Positions 26,473 through 34,107 of a stretch of 48,857 bases of DNA are shown piece after piece. A program made the position numbers and the translations under genes. The stretch comes from a virus. The number at the start of each line of letters is the position of its first letter. The first letter of the stretch is position 1. The notes under the pieces are model-generated. The model saw only the letters and a program-made list of their open reading frames with translations. It was not told where the DNA came from and searched no databases. The stretch lies in the UHGV virus genome UHGV-0138835; one strand, 5' to 3'.

Positions 26473-26672
26473 TGGATAAGCTGGAAATAAACGATCAGTT
26501 TGCTGTTATCTTGTTCGAAGATAAAACAGGCGGTGCATGGTGTAAGAAGGTCACTGGTGCGGAAGCGCGATTAATATTGGGTATGGCAAGCGCGTTAAAC
26601 GAAGGCGAATTGCCAGCCGTACCAATTGAGCCAGTTCATATTTACGGACGGAGCAAAGACAATGAAGCCTAA
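26469..26672 (+). CDS. hypothetical protein (67 aa)
   Basis: ORF overlapping Q stop (ATGA). Confidence 0.3.
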   Translation: MMDKLEINDQFAVILFEDKTGGAWCKKVTGAEARLILGMASALNEGELPAVPIEPVHIYGRSKDNEA

Positions 26673-26931
26673 ATTAAAGGAACATCTATTTGCAAAGCTG
26701 GTCAATGACCTGACGTTATCAGCGCGGTTATGTCGTGATACGCAACAATTGAGGGCGTGGATAGCAAGAGATTTAAAAAAATATATTGAGCCTGGCGGGC
26801 CAGGTGGCGAAATCACAATGGACGAGGCCATTAAACGCCGTTCGGCTGAATGGTCAGTTAGTAACACTGGTTTAACCGGATACATTGAAGGCTATAACGA
26901 CTGTTTACAGGATCATAGCGATGGCAAGTAA
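26662..26931 (+). CDS. hypothetical protein (~89 aa)
   Basis: ORF; start at internal ATG 26662. Confidence 0.3.
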   Translation: MKPKLKEHLFAKLVNDLTLSARLCRDTQQLRAWIARDLKKYIEPGGPGGEITMDEAIKRRSAEWSVSNTGLTGYIEGYNDCLQDHSDGK

Positions 26932-27220
26932 AGACCTACATTTGAACCTGAAAGGGGAATATTTCCACGCCATATTGACCGGAAAGAAGGTGGAGGAATA
27001 CCGGCTTTATAATGACTATTGGCGTAAACGTCTGGAAGGGCGGGAATATGAGCGCCTGATTATTAAATGGGGATACCCTGCCAACCACGAAAAACACAGG
27101 ATTATTAACCTTCCTTATTTTGGGTACGAAGTAAAAACTATCACACATCCATTATTCGGCCCTGATCCTGTTAAGGTATTCGCAATTAAATGTAACAGAA
27201 ATTGGATGTTGAGAGGTTAG
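26921..27220 (+). CDS. ASCH (PUA-like) domain protein
   Basis: GxKxxExR signature (TGKKVEEYR) in a ~100-aa protein. Confidence 0.45.
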   Translation: MASKDLHLNLKGEYFHAILTGKKVEEYRLYNDYWRKRLEGREYERLIIKWGYPANHEKHRIINLPYFGYEVKTITHPLFGPDPVKVFAIKCNRNWMLRG

Positions 27221-27435
27221 AAATGAAAAGTAACCGTAAACGCCTTGTAAGGGCATACGATAAAGCATTAAAGGCTTTTGATGATCTGCGACGCAATAAG
27301 CGCCAGCGCCGAAAATGGGCGCGTATGCTTGTAAGGGAGTGGCATAGCGAGGACTATTTCCTTGATGCCAGGCACATGACGCAGGATGTAGCGGACGCAT
27401 TAGCTGATGAGAACGTTTATTATATGATGTGGTGA
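27202..27435 (+). CDS. hypothetical basic protein (77 aa)
   Basis: ORF in operon. Confidence 0.3.
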   Translation: MDVERLEMKSNRKRLVRAYDKALKAFDDLRRNKRQRRKWARMLVREWHSEDYFLDARHMTQDVADALADENVYYMMW

Positions 27436-27439
27436 TAAT

Positions 27440-27805
27440 ATGCAAATAATCATTGATTATCTTTGCCATGCTGCAAATACAGTTTTTGGCATGTATCAAC
27501 AACCATTCCTGAAGGAATGGGATGATATGCTAAACGACATCCTCGACAAAGGATTAATAATGGAGGTTGACGAGCTTACAATCAAATTTAATTATGATGG
27601 TGAAATTTATCTAATTTGGGTCGGGAATAGATGGTATTCATACGGTCATATTTATTCAATTGGTGGTAAGTTCATTAAAAGAAACCAGGAGTTCAGACCG
27701 CGCTTCCGCACAATGCGCCGCCTGCATGATCTGCATATGAAGTTATTCGAAGATCAGGAAGCACGGGAATTATTCAAAATTTACGGGGATAAATCATGGA
27801 GCTAA
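27440..27805 (+). CDS. hypothetical protein (121 aa)
   Basis: ORF in operon. Confidence 0.35.
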   Translation: MQIIIDYLCHAANTVFGMYQQPFLKEWDDMLNDILDKGLIMEVDELTIKFNYDGEIYLIWVGNRWYSYGHIYSIGGKFIKRNQEFRPRFRTMRRLHDLHMKLFEDQEARELFKIYGDKSWS

Positions 27806-28026
27806 AAATCTGGCAGGCTATCGACGTAGTTGATAATGAATTGTCTATGTTCGCCACTAACGGGAAACGCGTTGTGATCGCTACATGGACACGTAACCAT
27901 GATGATATTGCTTTTCGTCGCGCTGCGGCGGAATTGCTTTTCTCTGATGGCGGCTACACGATGAATATCGCACAGCTTGCCAGAATGAAAGATGAAATAC
28001 TGGTGGACAGCTACACAACTGCATAA
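27796..28026 (+). CDS. hypothetical protein (76 aa)
   Basis: ORF in operon. Confidence 0.3.
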   Translation: MELKIWQAIDVVDNELSMFATNGKRVVIATWTRNHDDIAFRRAAAELLFSDGGYTMNIAQLARMKDEILVDSYTTA

Positions 28027-28036
28027 CGGGGTGAAT

Positions 28037-28270
28037 ATGCGTATCTATGAGCACAAGCGGGATAAAACCCGCTTTTTTGTTCGTGCTGGCGTGGCGTACT
28101 GGTATCACGAATGCGGATACATTGAGGCGCTTGCTTACGACCTTGATTTTGAGCAGGAAAAGGAATGGTTCGATTTTAAAATTTACCGGAAGCGCAAACC
28201 AACTCGCGACGAGCGACACGCTATCCGTGACTTTTTAATCAGTATTGAGCGCTGGGGGACAGAAGAGTGA
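28037..28270 (+). CDS. hypothetical protein (~77 aa)
   Basis: ORF; start at ATG 28037 with GGGGTGA SD. Confidence 0.3.
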   Translation: MRIYEHKRDKTRFFVRAGVAYWYHECGYIEALAYDLDFEQEKEWFDFKIYRKRKPTRDERHAIRDFLISIERWGTEE

Positions 28271-28494
28271 AAGTAAAATTCTTGCACGATCACGGTTATC
28301 CGTCGCTGAAACAGGTTGTTGGTAAGGTTGTTAACGTAGTTCATAGCGATGATGTTACTTGCATGATTAACGGTGCTGACCTAATTGCCGCTGGCGCTGA
28401 TGATCATTACATAAATCCGGCATGGTCGTATACGTTCAGCCTGAGTGACTTCGTTGGCGACAAGGGGCGCGGGCTGGAAGTAGTCGAGGGTTAA
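28267..28494 (+). CDS. hypothetical protein (75 aa)
   Basis: ORF in operon. Confidence 0.3.
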   Translation: MKVKFLHDHGYPSLKQVVGKVVNVVHSDDVTCMINGADLIAAGADDHYINPAWSYTFSLSDFVGDKGRGLEVVEG

Positions 28495-28498
28495 TATC

Positions 28499-28741
28499 AT
28501 GGACGTTTACGAAGATCTATACCTTCAGACGAATACCCACACTTTTTATTTTCTGAAAAACGGCGTCGTATATCGCAGTGACGACGGGGTAATAATGAAA
28601 GAATGGTTATTTAAGCGTAAAGACCTACTCGACGATCTGGTTTTTGCCGGGATATTTCGTAAACGTCCGGCTAACCTGGAAGAAGAAATGTTGATAGAGG
28701 TATATCAAAATGAAAATCAGGGTAAGTTATTTCCGGGCTAA
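28499..28741 (+). CDS. hypothetical protein (80 aa)
   Basis: ORF in operon. Confidence 0.3.
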   Translation: MDVYEDLYLQTNTHTFYFLKNGVVYRSDDGVIMKEWLFKRKDLLDDLVFAGIFRKRPANLEEEMLIEVYQNENQGKLFPG

Positions 28742-28763
28742 AGATAAGGCAACAGGAAAGCAG

Positions 28764-28961
28764 ATGGCGATCCTGGTTAACGAGGCCAATTATATGTTTG
28801 TACTTCAGCCGTGGTGCATAGCTGACTATAACGATGATTATCGTCGTCACGGTGCGCGGGGTGCTGTAGGCATGAAAGGATGGCAACCGCGCGACATGGA
28901 AAACTATTGTGAATGGAAATTGATAGCAAAATATACGGTCGATTATAAAGGGGTTTTCTGA
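28764..28961 (+). CDS. hypothetical protein (~65 aa)
   Basis: ORF; start at ATG 28764 with AGGAAA SD. Confidence 0.3.
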   Translation: MAILVNEANYMFVLQPWCIADYNDDYRRHGARGAVGMKGWQPRDMENYCEWKLIAKYTVDYKGVF

Positions 28962-28979
28962 TAGTGGTGAGGTGGTGTT

Positions 28980-29186
28980 ATGCAGGTTAAATGTGTCGAA
29001 TCAAATAGCGGCGTTTTTGTAGTCGATAAGATTTATCACGTCTATCAGGTTTTGGGCGTTGACTGCGATGAAAGAGATCAAGTGTTAATTGATGAAGATG
29101 GCGACCCGTGGAAATTCCTATATCGCTACGCCAGCGGCGGCGATGTTATTGGTATTCGCCTTCGTGCAAAATTTGAACTATGTTAA
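28980..29186 (+). CDS. hypothetical protein (68 aa)
   Basis: ORF in operon. Confidence 0.3.
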   Translation: MQVKCVESNSGVFVVDKIYHVYQVLGVDCDERDQVLIDEDGDPWKFLYRYASGGDVIGIRLRAKFELC

Positions 29187-29195
29187 GGTTTAATC

Positions 29196-29495
29196 ATGAA
29201 AAGCGATAAATTCATTGCGTGCTGTTTTGTTGAAGTGCCTAAAGGTGATGTTTTCTGCAATTATGAATTTAAAGACAGTTTAGGCCGATCTCATGTTGTA
29301 GTTGGTAAGCGCGGAGACTGGTTATACATCACTGATGGTGACAGGATCTTCACCAAAAACCAGTTATTAAGAATAAAGGCAGAAAATAATGAAATACCTG
29401 TTGGCAATATGGGGATTATGAACTACCACGCTGGTTTATCGTTAAAACACGATGCGGTGAATAAAGCGCGTAGCTTGCCTGGTGCTGAATTTTAA
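29196..29495 (+). CDS. hypothetical protein (99 aa)
   Basis: ORF in operon. Confidence 0.3.
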   Translation: MKSDKFIACCFVEVPKGDVFCNYEFKDSLGRSHVVVGKRGDWLYITDGDRIFTKNQLLRIKAENNEIPVGNMGIMNYHAGLSLKHDAVNKARSLPGAEF

Positions 29496-29518
29496 TTTCT
29501 TACGAAGGAGAATAACAA

Positions 29519-29842
29519 ATGTCTAAATTTATCAGCGTTAAGGTTTTCCGTGGCACTTTTCCAGAAGATGAGAAAAATGGACAATTCGCAGGACAGCCTG
29601 GCGCATGTTTCCGTGTAGCCACTGATGACGAAGCTAACGTCAAGTGCTTCCATGTATCTGAACCTCCTTTTGACGTGAAACATCTTGACGATGCAAATCA
29701 CGTTAAACATTTTGTTTTCGCATCTGTGGTGCTAAATCCTTGCCCTGATGCTGAAGTGGAATTACTTGGGGCTGAACTGGTTGCGGAATATAAAATGACT
29801 GAAGGAGAAGAGGGGGGAATTGAAATTGAGCGCATCAAATAA
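29519..29842 (+). CDS. hypothetical protein (107 aa)
   Basis: ORF with SD AAGGAG upstream. Confidence 0.35.
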   Translation: MSKFISVKVFRGTFPEDEKNGQFAGQPGACFRVATDDEANVKCFHVSEPPFDVKHLDDANHVKHFVFASVVLNPCPDAEVELLGAELVAEYKMTEGEEGGIEIERIK

Positions 29843-30077
29843 GCTGTATAAAGTCAGGTGTAAAGGAGAATACCCAGGCTTTACGATTGGTTGCGAATAC
29901 CTGGGCCACATTGGGTACGGACCTTTCGGTGAGTTGGGGATGAATACAATGGACGACGACGGCGACAGCCGGACGCTTGATCTTGATTCTGATGATTTCG
30001 AATACATCCCGCCAGTAACTTACCGTGCCGTTGATGATTTCCTGGCTGAACATGAAGACGAGGACGATGATGATTGA
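29820..30077 (+). CDS. hypothetical acidic protein (85 aa, C-terminal EDEDDDD)
   Basis: ORF in operon. Confidence 0.3.
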   Translation: MKLSASNKLYKVRCKGEYPGFTIGCEYLGHIGYGPFGELGMNTMDDDGDSRTLDLDSDDFEYIPPVTYRAVDDFLAEHEDEDDDD

Positions 30078-30264
30078 ATGCCTTATTGCTGTTATTGTTT
30101 TGCTTTATATCGCTGGCGCGATCCTGATGTCATGTTTTATTAAGTATAGCGGCGCTGAACCTGGTGGCCTCGAGATTCCTTTATGGCCTGCAGTGATGTT
30201 TCTCGCTTTCTTCGATGCTACGGTGGAGCAAATCAGGCGAGCTATTAAGGAGCGCAAGAAATGA
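30067..30264 (+). CDS. small membrane protein (~65 aa)
   Basis: Hydrophobic helix IECLIAVIVLLYIAGAILM; start at ATG 30067. Confidence 0.3.
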   Translation: MMIECLIAVIVLLYIAGAILMSCFIKYSGAEPGGLEIPLWPAVMFLAFFDATVEQIRRAIKERKK

Positions 30265-30443
30265 TCGAAGATGGTGTATACGCCGCAACAGTAGTAGACG
30301 GGTTGTTTTACCGCGTAGAAGGTGATGATATTCGCATTCGCGTTGGCGGTGGTGAGTGGGTATCGCCAATCATTAAGACGACACGAGAAACAATTAAAAT
30401 ATTTCTTGATGCTGGTGAACTGGCGAGGGTTAGCGACCTATGA
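30261..30443 (+). CDS. hypothetical protein (60 aa)
   Basis: ORF in operon. Confidence 0.3.
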   Translation: MIEDGVYAATVVDGLFYRVEGDDIRIRVGGGEWVSPIIKTTRETIKIFLDAGELARVSDL

Positions 30444-30616
30444 ACGAGATCGAAGATGGTATCTATTTGCACATGTTATTTAGCATCGCCTATTTGGTTA
30501 AAGGTGATAAGGTAATGACACAAAGCGCGGGCAATAAATATTGGGAATCAAGCGGCATGGATCGCGAACATATGCAAACATTGCTTGATAATGGCCTGAT
30601 ATACAGAAAGCAGTAA
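30440..30616 (+). CDS. hypothetical protein (58 aa)
   Basis: ATGA overlap with upstream gene; below ORF-track cutoff. Confidence 0.25.
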   Translation: MNEIEDGIYLHMLFSIAYLVKGDKVMTQSAGNKYWESSGMDREHMQTLLDNGLIYRKQ

Positions 30617-30624
30617 ATCCGTAT

Positions 30625-30653
30625 TTGTAGGGCGTAAACAAACAGATTAAAAT
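30625..30653 (+). promoter_or_regulatory. candidate late promoter (pR'-like): -35 TTGTAG, 17-bp spacer, -10 TAAAAT
   Basis: Hexamers read directly; ~30 nt upstream of a terminator hairpin and the lysis cassette. Confidence 0.4.
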
Positions 30654-30681
30654 ATTTCCTAACAATGCGAAATTGTAATTA

Positions 30682-30703
30682 CCCGGCCCAGCGCCGGGTT
30701 TTT
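30682..30703 (+). terminator. rho-independent terminator hairpin just upstream of holin (tR'-like)
   Basis: cccggc-ccagc-gccggg followed by TTTTT; SD GGAGG and holin ATG follow. Confidence 0.5.
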
Positions 30704-30723
30704 GCTTTGTTGGAGGTAAATCT

Positions 30724-30924
30724 ATGTTCGACAGAATACGGGAGGCGTGTGCGTATGTGACTGGTGCAGTAACCGCTTTTTTCGGTGCTATAACCATCAA
30801 TGACGTTGCAGTGTTCGTTGGTATCTTATCAACCATTGGCACATTTGCCGTTAATTATTACTTCAAATCACAGGAGAACAAGCGAGCGCAAGAGGAACAC
30901 GACGCGCGAATGGGGAATAAGTAA
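30724..30924 (+). CDS. holin (pinholin-like, two TM domains)
   Basis: 66 aa, two hydrophobic helices, basic C-terminus, directly upstream of a SAR endolysin as in phage 21. Confidence 0.7.
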   Translation: MFDRIREACAYVTGAVTAFFGAITINDVAVFVGILSTIGTFAVNYYFKSQENKRAQEEHDARMGNK

Positions 30925-30925
30925 A

Positions 30926-31417
30926 ATGATTAGCCAATCGCTGAAAAACAAGATTGTTGCGGCGGCGGCTGGTGGGGCGATCGCTATTGCGGCGGTGATG
31001 GTAAAAGATCTTGAGGGTGTGGAGTACAAGGCATACAGAGATGTCATCGGTGTTTACACGATATGTTATGGACACGTCGGGAAAGACATCATGCTTGGTA
31101 AGACTTACACGCAATCAGAATGCGATGCTTTGTTAAATAAAGATCTGCACAAGACCGCAAAAGCGATTGACCCATATATCAAAGTCGAAATATCAGATTT
31201 TACCCGCGCAGCACTTTATTCATTCGCCTATAACGTAGGCGCTACCAATTTCAAAACATCAACCTTATTGAAGCTACTCAATGACGGCAAGAAATCAGAG
31301 GCGTGCGCACAGCTTAAACGCTGGGTATACGCTGGCGGTAAGAAGTGGCAAGGCCTGGTAAACCGCCGCGAGGTTGAATATGCCGTTTGCGAATGGGGTG
31401 AAACATGGACAAGGTGA
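30926..31417 (+). CDS. SAR endolysin (GH24 lysozyme with N-terminal signal-arrest-release domain)
   Basis: Close match to recalled phage 21 R21 (GGAIAIA…LEGV.Y…[28 protein letters not shown]……YSF.YNVGA.NF.TSTLL……W.YAGGK.W.GL..RRE.E). Confidence 0.85.
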   Translation: MISQSLKNKIVAAAAGGAIAIAAVMVKDLEGVEYKAYRDVIGVYTICYGHVGKDIMLGKTYTQSECDALLNKDLHKTAKAIDPYIKVEISDFTRAALYSFAYNVGATNFKTSTLLKLLNDGKKSEACAQLKRWVYAGGKKWQGLVNRREVEYAVCEWGETWTR

Positions 31418-31875
31418 AGACGTTAATCATCGCCGTTGTTGTTTGCATTATTGCCAGCCTTACAGCCGTAACGTGTTATTACCAGGGTGAGGCAGCAAGG
31501 TTACAGGAAGAAGTCACGGTAACGAAAGGCGCACTGAAAACGGCAAGTAACACTATTCAGCAGATGAAGGAGCGAAACGCCGAACTGTCAAAACTTGATA
31601 AGAGGTATCACGATGAGATTAAAGCTATCAGATCTGACATTGCCGATCTGCGCACTGGCATTGATAACGGCACTATCAGGCTGCGCGTCAACGCAATACC
31701 CGTGCGAGTGTCCGACCCCGCCGGAACCGCCAGCGCCATTGATGGAGCCGCCTGTAGACTCACTCCCGACGCTGAATCGGCTTATCTATCCCTCAGAGAA
31801 CAACTAAAAGAGAAAGATGCGAAGATAACCGCGCTTCATGGCTACATCAAAACGCAGTGCTTACGCAAAGAATAA
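31405..31875 (+). CDS. Rz: Rz i-spanin
   Basis: N-terminal TM helix then coiled-coil periplasmic domain; contains embedded +1-frame Rz1. Confidence 0.75.
   Translation: MDKVKTLIIAVVVCIIASLTAVTCYYQGEAARLQEEVTVTKGALKTASNTIQQMKERNAELSKLDKRYHDEIKAIRSDIADLRTGIDNGTIRLRVNAIPVRVSDPAGTASAIDGAACRLTPDAESAYLSLREQLKEKDAKITALHGYIKTQCLRKE
31613..31807 (+). CDS. Rz1: Rz1 o-spanin (lipoprotein embedded within Rz)
   Basis: Lipobox ITALSGC, proline-rich mature peptide, ATG 31613 with AGAGG SD, fully inside Rz in another frame. Confidence 0.7.
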   Translation: MRLKLSDLTLPICALALITALSGCASTQYPCECPTPPEPPAPLMEPPVDSLPTLNRLIYPSENN

Positions 31876-32202
31876 CAGCGCGTGGACGTGTCGCCGTTTC
31901 CGCCAGCCAGCCATAACCGGGCCAATCCTTCCCGCGAGCGGCGGCGGAAATTCAAAAACACGTAATACCGGATCAACAGTCCCATTAACAGGTCAGGCGC
32001 CACCTGGGTAGAAGAAAGCGCCATTTACTCACCTGCCACGCGTAGGACGAGCGCCCGGATCTGTTTATCAGAGATGTTAAGCAGGTCCAGTTTTATAAAA
32101 TTCTGCAAACGGTACTCACTAAGCGCCGTTTTCAGTGTTTTATGTCATTCCTGCCGCTGTATAAACAGGAAGTAAAAGCAAACCAGACAGGAGATTATTC
32201 TG

Positions 32203-32787
32203 ATGGCTAAGGCTAAAGGCATTAAGTTGCCTCAATTCAAAGTCCCGCTCTTTGAGCATACAACCGTTTTCTTTTGCCCGACCCGCGAGATGTTCTATGA
32301 ATTTTGCGAAAAGGCAGGGATCCCAATCGAACCTGATTTCGAACTGGCAGGGGGATTAACACTTACTTGCACTGGCGAGAAAGGCGGTAACTTCTATGTG
32401 ATCGCAGTATTCGACAATGAGTTAGGAACGCTGGTACATGAAGCGGCGCATACCACATTCCATGTTTTAAGCGATGTAGGCGTCGTTGCAACTACAGATC
32501 CAAGCCATCCGGCAAACGAGACTTATGCTTACATGGTGGGCCGTATCTTTGATGCATTTTTCCCCATCCTGGCAGAATCAAATGAAGCACAGGTTGCAGC
32601 AATGCAGGCCGCTGAAGTCGTAGAGAAGGCATTAGAACAGGCAGAAAAGGCGACTGATGCAGCAGAACAGGCAGTGGAACAGGCAGAGCAGCCGAAAGAA
32701 GAGAAAAAACCAGCTAAGAAAGGCAAACGTAAGCCTAAAGCAAAAGAAGCGCTTGTACCGCGTGTTATGAGCTTTAAACGGGGGTGA
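32203..32787 (+). CDS. HExxH-motif protein with Ala/Glu/Lys-rich C-terminal tail (possible zinc metallopeptidase)
   Basis: LVHEAAHTTFH motif; low-complexity basic C-terminus; between lysis cassette and micro-ORF array. Confidence 0.5.
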   Translation: MAKAKGIKLPQFKVPLFEHTTVFFCPTREMFYEFCEKAGIPIEPDFELAGGLTLTCTGEKGGNFYVIAVFDNELGTLVHEAAHTTFHVLSDVGVVATTDPSHPANETYAYMVGRIFDAFFPILAESNEAQVAAMQAAEVVEKALEQAEKATDAAEQAVEQAEQPKEEKKPAKKGKRKPKAKEALVPRVMSFKRG

Positions 32788-32789
32788 TT

Positions 32790-32858
32790 ATGGTTACTTT
32801 CCTGTTAGGTTTATTTATCGGAATGGCTGCCGCTGTAATATTACTGGTCGGTGAATAA
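32790..32858 (+). CDS. micro-ORF 1 (22 aa) hydrophobic single-helix peptide MVTFLLGLFIGMAAAVILLVGE
   Basis: SD GGGGGTGA 5 nt upstream; read by hand; below ORF-track cutoff. Confidence 0.45.
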   Translation: MVTFLLGLFIGMAAAVILLVGE

Positions 32859-32862
32859 TGTT

Positions 32863-32979
32863 ATGGACGATTATATCATCGCCGGATTAATCGGTATTTC
32901 TGTATTTCTTGTTGGTTCTATCATAGTTGCATTGATAAACGCATATATCAAGCATTGGGTGGGGTTGAAAGATGATTGA
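32863..32979 (+). CDS. micro-ORF 2 (38 aa) MDDYIIAGLIGISVFLVGSIIVALINAYIKHWVGLKDD
   Basis: SD GGTGA 9 nt upstream. Confidence 0.45.
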   Translation: MDDYIIAGLIGISVFLVGSIIVALINAYIKHWVGLKDD

Positions 32980-33046
32980 TCCGCTCATTATCCTTTCTGC
33001 CTGCGTCGCTGTATGGCTGGCGATCATGATATTCATTGAAAGCTGA
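32972..33046 (+). CDS. micro-ORF 3 (24 aa) MIDPLIILSACVAVWLAIMIFIES
   Basis: ATGATTGA overlap with micro-ORF 2; SD GGGTGGGG upstream. Confidence 0.4.
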   Translation: MIDPLIILSACVAVWLAIMIFIES

Positions 33047-33057
33047 AGGTATTCACC

Positions 33058-33132
33058 ATGAATATTTACGATCTAATATGGTGGTCAGTGGTCGCCGTCA
33101 TTATCTATTTCTGGTGGAAGAATGTTGTATAG
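33058..33132 (+). CDS. micro-ORF 4 (24 aa) MNIYDLIWWSVVAVIIYFWWKNVV
   Basis: SD GAAGGT 8 nt upstream. Confidence 0.45.
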   Translation: MNIYDLIWWSVVAVIIYFWWKNVV

Positions 33133-33139
33133 GTGAAGC

Positions 33140-33220
33140 ATGAACGCATACGAAATGCTATTGCTGGTGGCTGTAGTTGTAGTCATTGCTGTTGATTTTT
33201 ATAGAGGGTTTAAAAGATGA
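33140..33220 (+). CDS. micro-ORF 5 (26 aa) MNAYEMLLLVAVVVVIAVDFYRGFKR
   Basis: SD AGGTGA 4 nt upstream. Confidence 0.45.
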   Translation: MNAYEMLLLVAVVVVIAVDFYRGFKR

Positions 33221-33288
33221 GAGAAGCAGACTTCTTTTGCATAATTATAGTGATCGTCATCGTTGCGGTGCTTTTAAGCGTTAACTGA
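33217..33288 (+). CDS. micro-ORF 6 (23 aa) MREADFFCIIIVIVIVAVLLSVN
   Basis: ATGA overlap with micro-ORF 5; SD GAGGG upstream. Confidence 0.4.
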   Translation: MREADFFCIIIVIVIVAVLLSVN

Positions 33289-33305
33289 ATCGCAGGGGGT
33301 TGAAA

Positions 33306-33374
33306 ATGAAATGGCTTGATTTCTTTTTCCTGGTTGTTGCGATTGTTTTTACCATGACCGCGCTGACTCAATAG
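33306..33374 (+). CDS. micro-ORF 7 (22 aa) MKWLDFFFLVVAIVFTMTALTQ
   Basis: SD AGGGGG 7 nt upstream. Confidence 0.45.
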   Translation: MKWLDFFFLVVAIVFTMTALTQ

Positions 33375-33382
33375 GTGAATAT

Positions 33383-33457
33383 ATGGAAACTATCGAAGCC
33401 GTATTATTCGTATGTATCGCGGCGGTTGTTATTGTGGGGTTTATTATCAATGTCTGA
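33383..33457 (+). CDS. micro-ORF 8 (24 aa) METIEAVLFVCIAAVVIVGFIINV
   Basis: SD AGGTGA 5 nt upstream. Confidence 0.45.
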   Translation: METIEAVLFVCIAAVVIVGFIINV

Positions 33458-33518
33458 CGGTGATTTCTTAATCATGGCTATATGCACGTTGTTAGTCGTT
33501 ATCGTTTTCTTCGCATAA
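33450..33518 (+). CDS. micro-ORF 9 (22 aa) MSDGDFLIMAICTLLVVIVFFA
   Basis: ATGTCTGA overlap with micro-ORF 8 (coupled). Confidence 0.35.
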   Translation: MSDGDFLIMAICTLLVVIVFFA

Positions 33519-33527
33519 AGGTAAACA

Positions 33528-33611
33528 ATGAAAGAATTATTCGACTGGTTGGAAGTATTAACATACTGCGCAAGTTTTGTTGCTTGCGTATACATCATCA
33601 ATAAATATTGA
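33528..33611 (+). CDS. micro-ORF 10 (27 aa) MKELFDWLEVLTYCASFVACVYIINKY
   Basis: SD AAGG 7 nt upstream; stop 10 nt before the terminase small subunit start. Confidence 0.45.
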   Translation: MKELFDWLEVLTYCASFVACVYIINKY

Positions 33612-33621
33612 GAGGTGAAAT

Positions 33622-34107
33622 ATGGCCCGCACTAAAAAGGCAAAGGCTGACGATAAAAAGCCAGCAGCCAAAAAGGTGGGCCGTCCGCATGGTTATACCG
33701 AAGAAAAGGCATTAGAAATCTGTGAGCTGGTGGCGGACGGTCAGAGTATTAACAAAATTTCGAAGATGCCTGATATGCCTGCGCGTTCAACAATCCTTAA
33801 ATGGTTCAGAGACGTGCCAGAGTTCTCGGACATGTACATGCGCGCGAAGGAGATCGGTTTTGAGGTATTGGCTGATGAGATTATCGACATAGCCGACGCA
33901 GCGGAGAACACCGATAAAGACCAATGCCGCCGCCATCAACTGATGATTGAAACGCGCAAGTGGTTACTGGCAAAACTGCAACCGCGTAAATATGGTGAGC
34001 GCGTCACGCAGGAGATCGTAGGTAACAGGGAAGAAGCACCCGTCCAGGTTGAAGTAACGAAAGAAGAGATCGCCCGCATCGTCCAGGAAGTAGAAGATGA
34101 GGTGTGA
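33622..34107 (+). CDS. terminase small subunit
   Basis: 161 aa, basic N-terminus with HTH-like segment, immediately upstream of and overlapping the large terminase; SD GAGGTGA. Confidence 0.7.
   Translation: MARTKKAKADDKKPAAKKVGRPHGYTEEKALEICELVADGQSINKISKMPDMPARSTILKWFRDVPEFSDMYMRAKEIGFEVLADEIIDIADAAENTDKDQCRRHQLMIETRKWLLAKLQPRKYGERVTQEIVGNREEAPVQVEVTKEEIARIVQEVEDEV

Noticed and set aside
31842-32024. 60-aa minus-strand ORF in the gap after Rz
   Set aside because: No RBS, overlaps the Rz 3' end; the GC-rich gap looks non-coding. Kept only as an unexplained ~330-bp intergenic interval.
33404-33601. 65-aa minus-strand ORF from the track
   Set aside because: Antisense to micro-ORFs 8-10, which have start codons with SD sequences and coherent hydrophobic products; the antisense ORF has no RBS and is probably a by-product of the T-rich coding strand.
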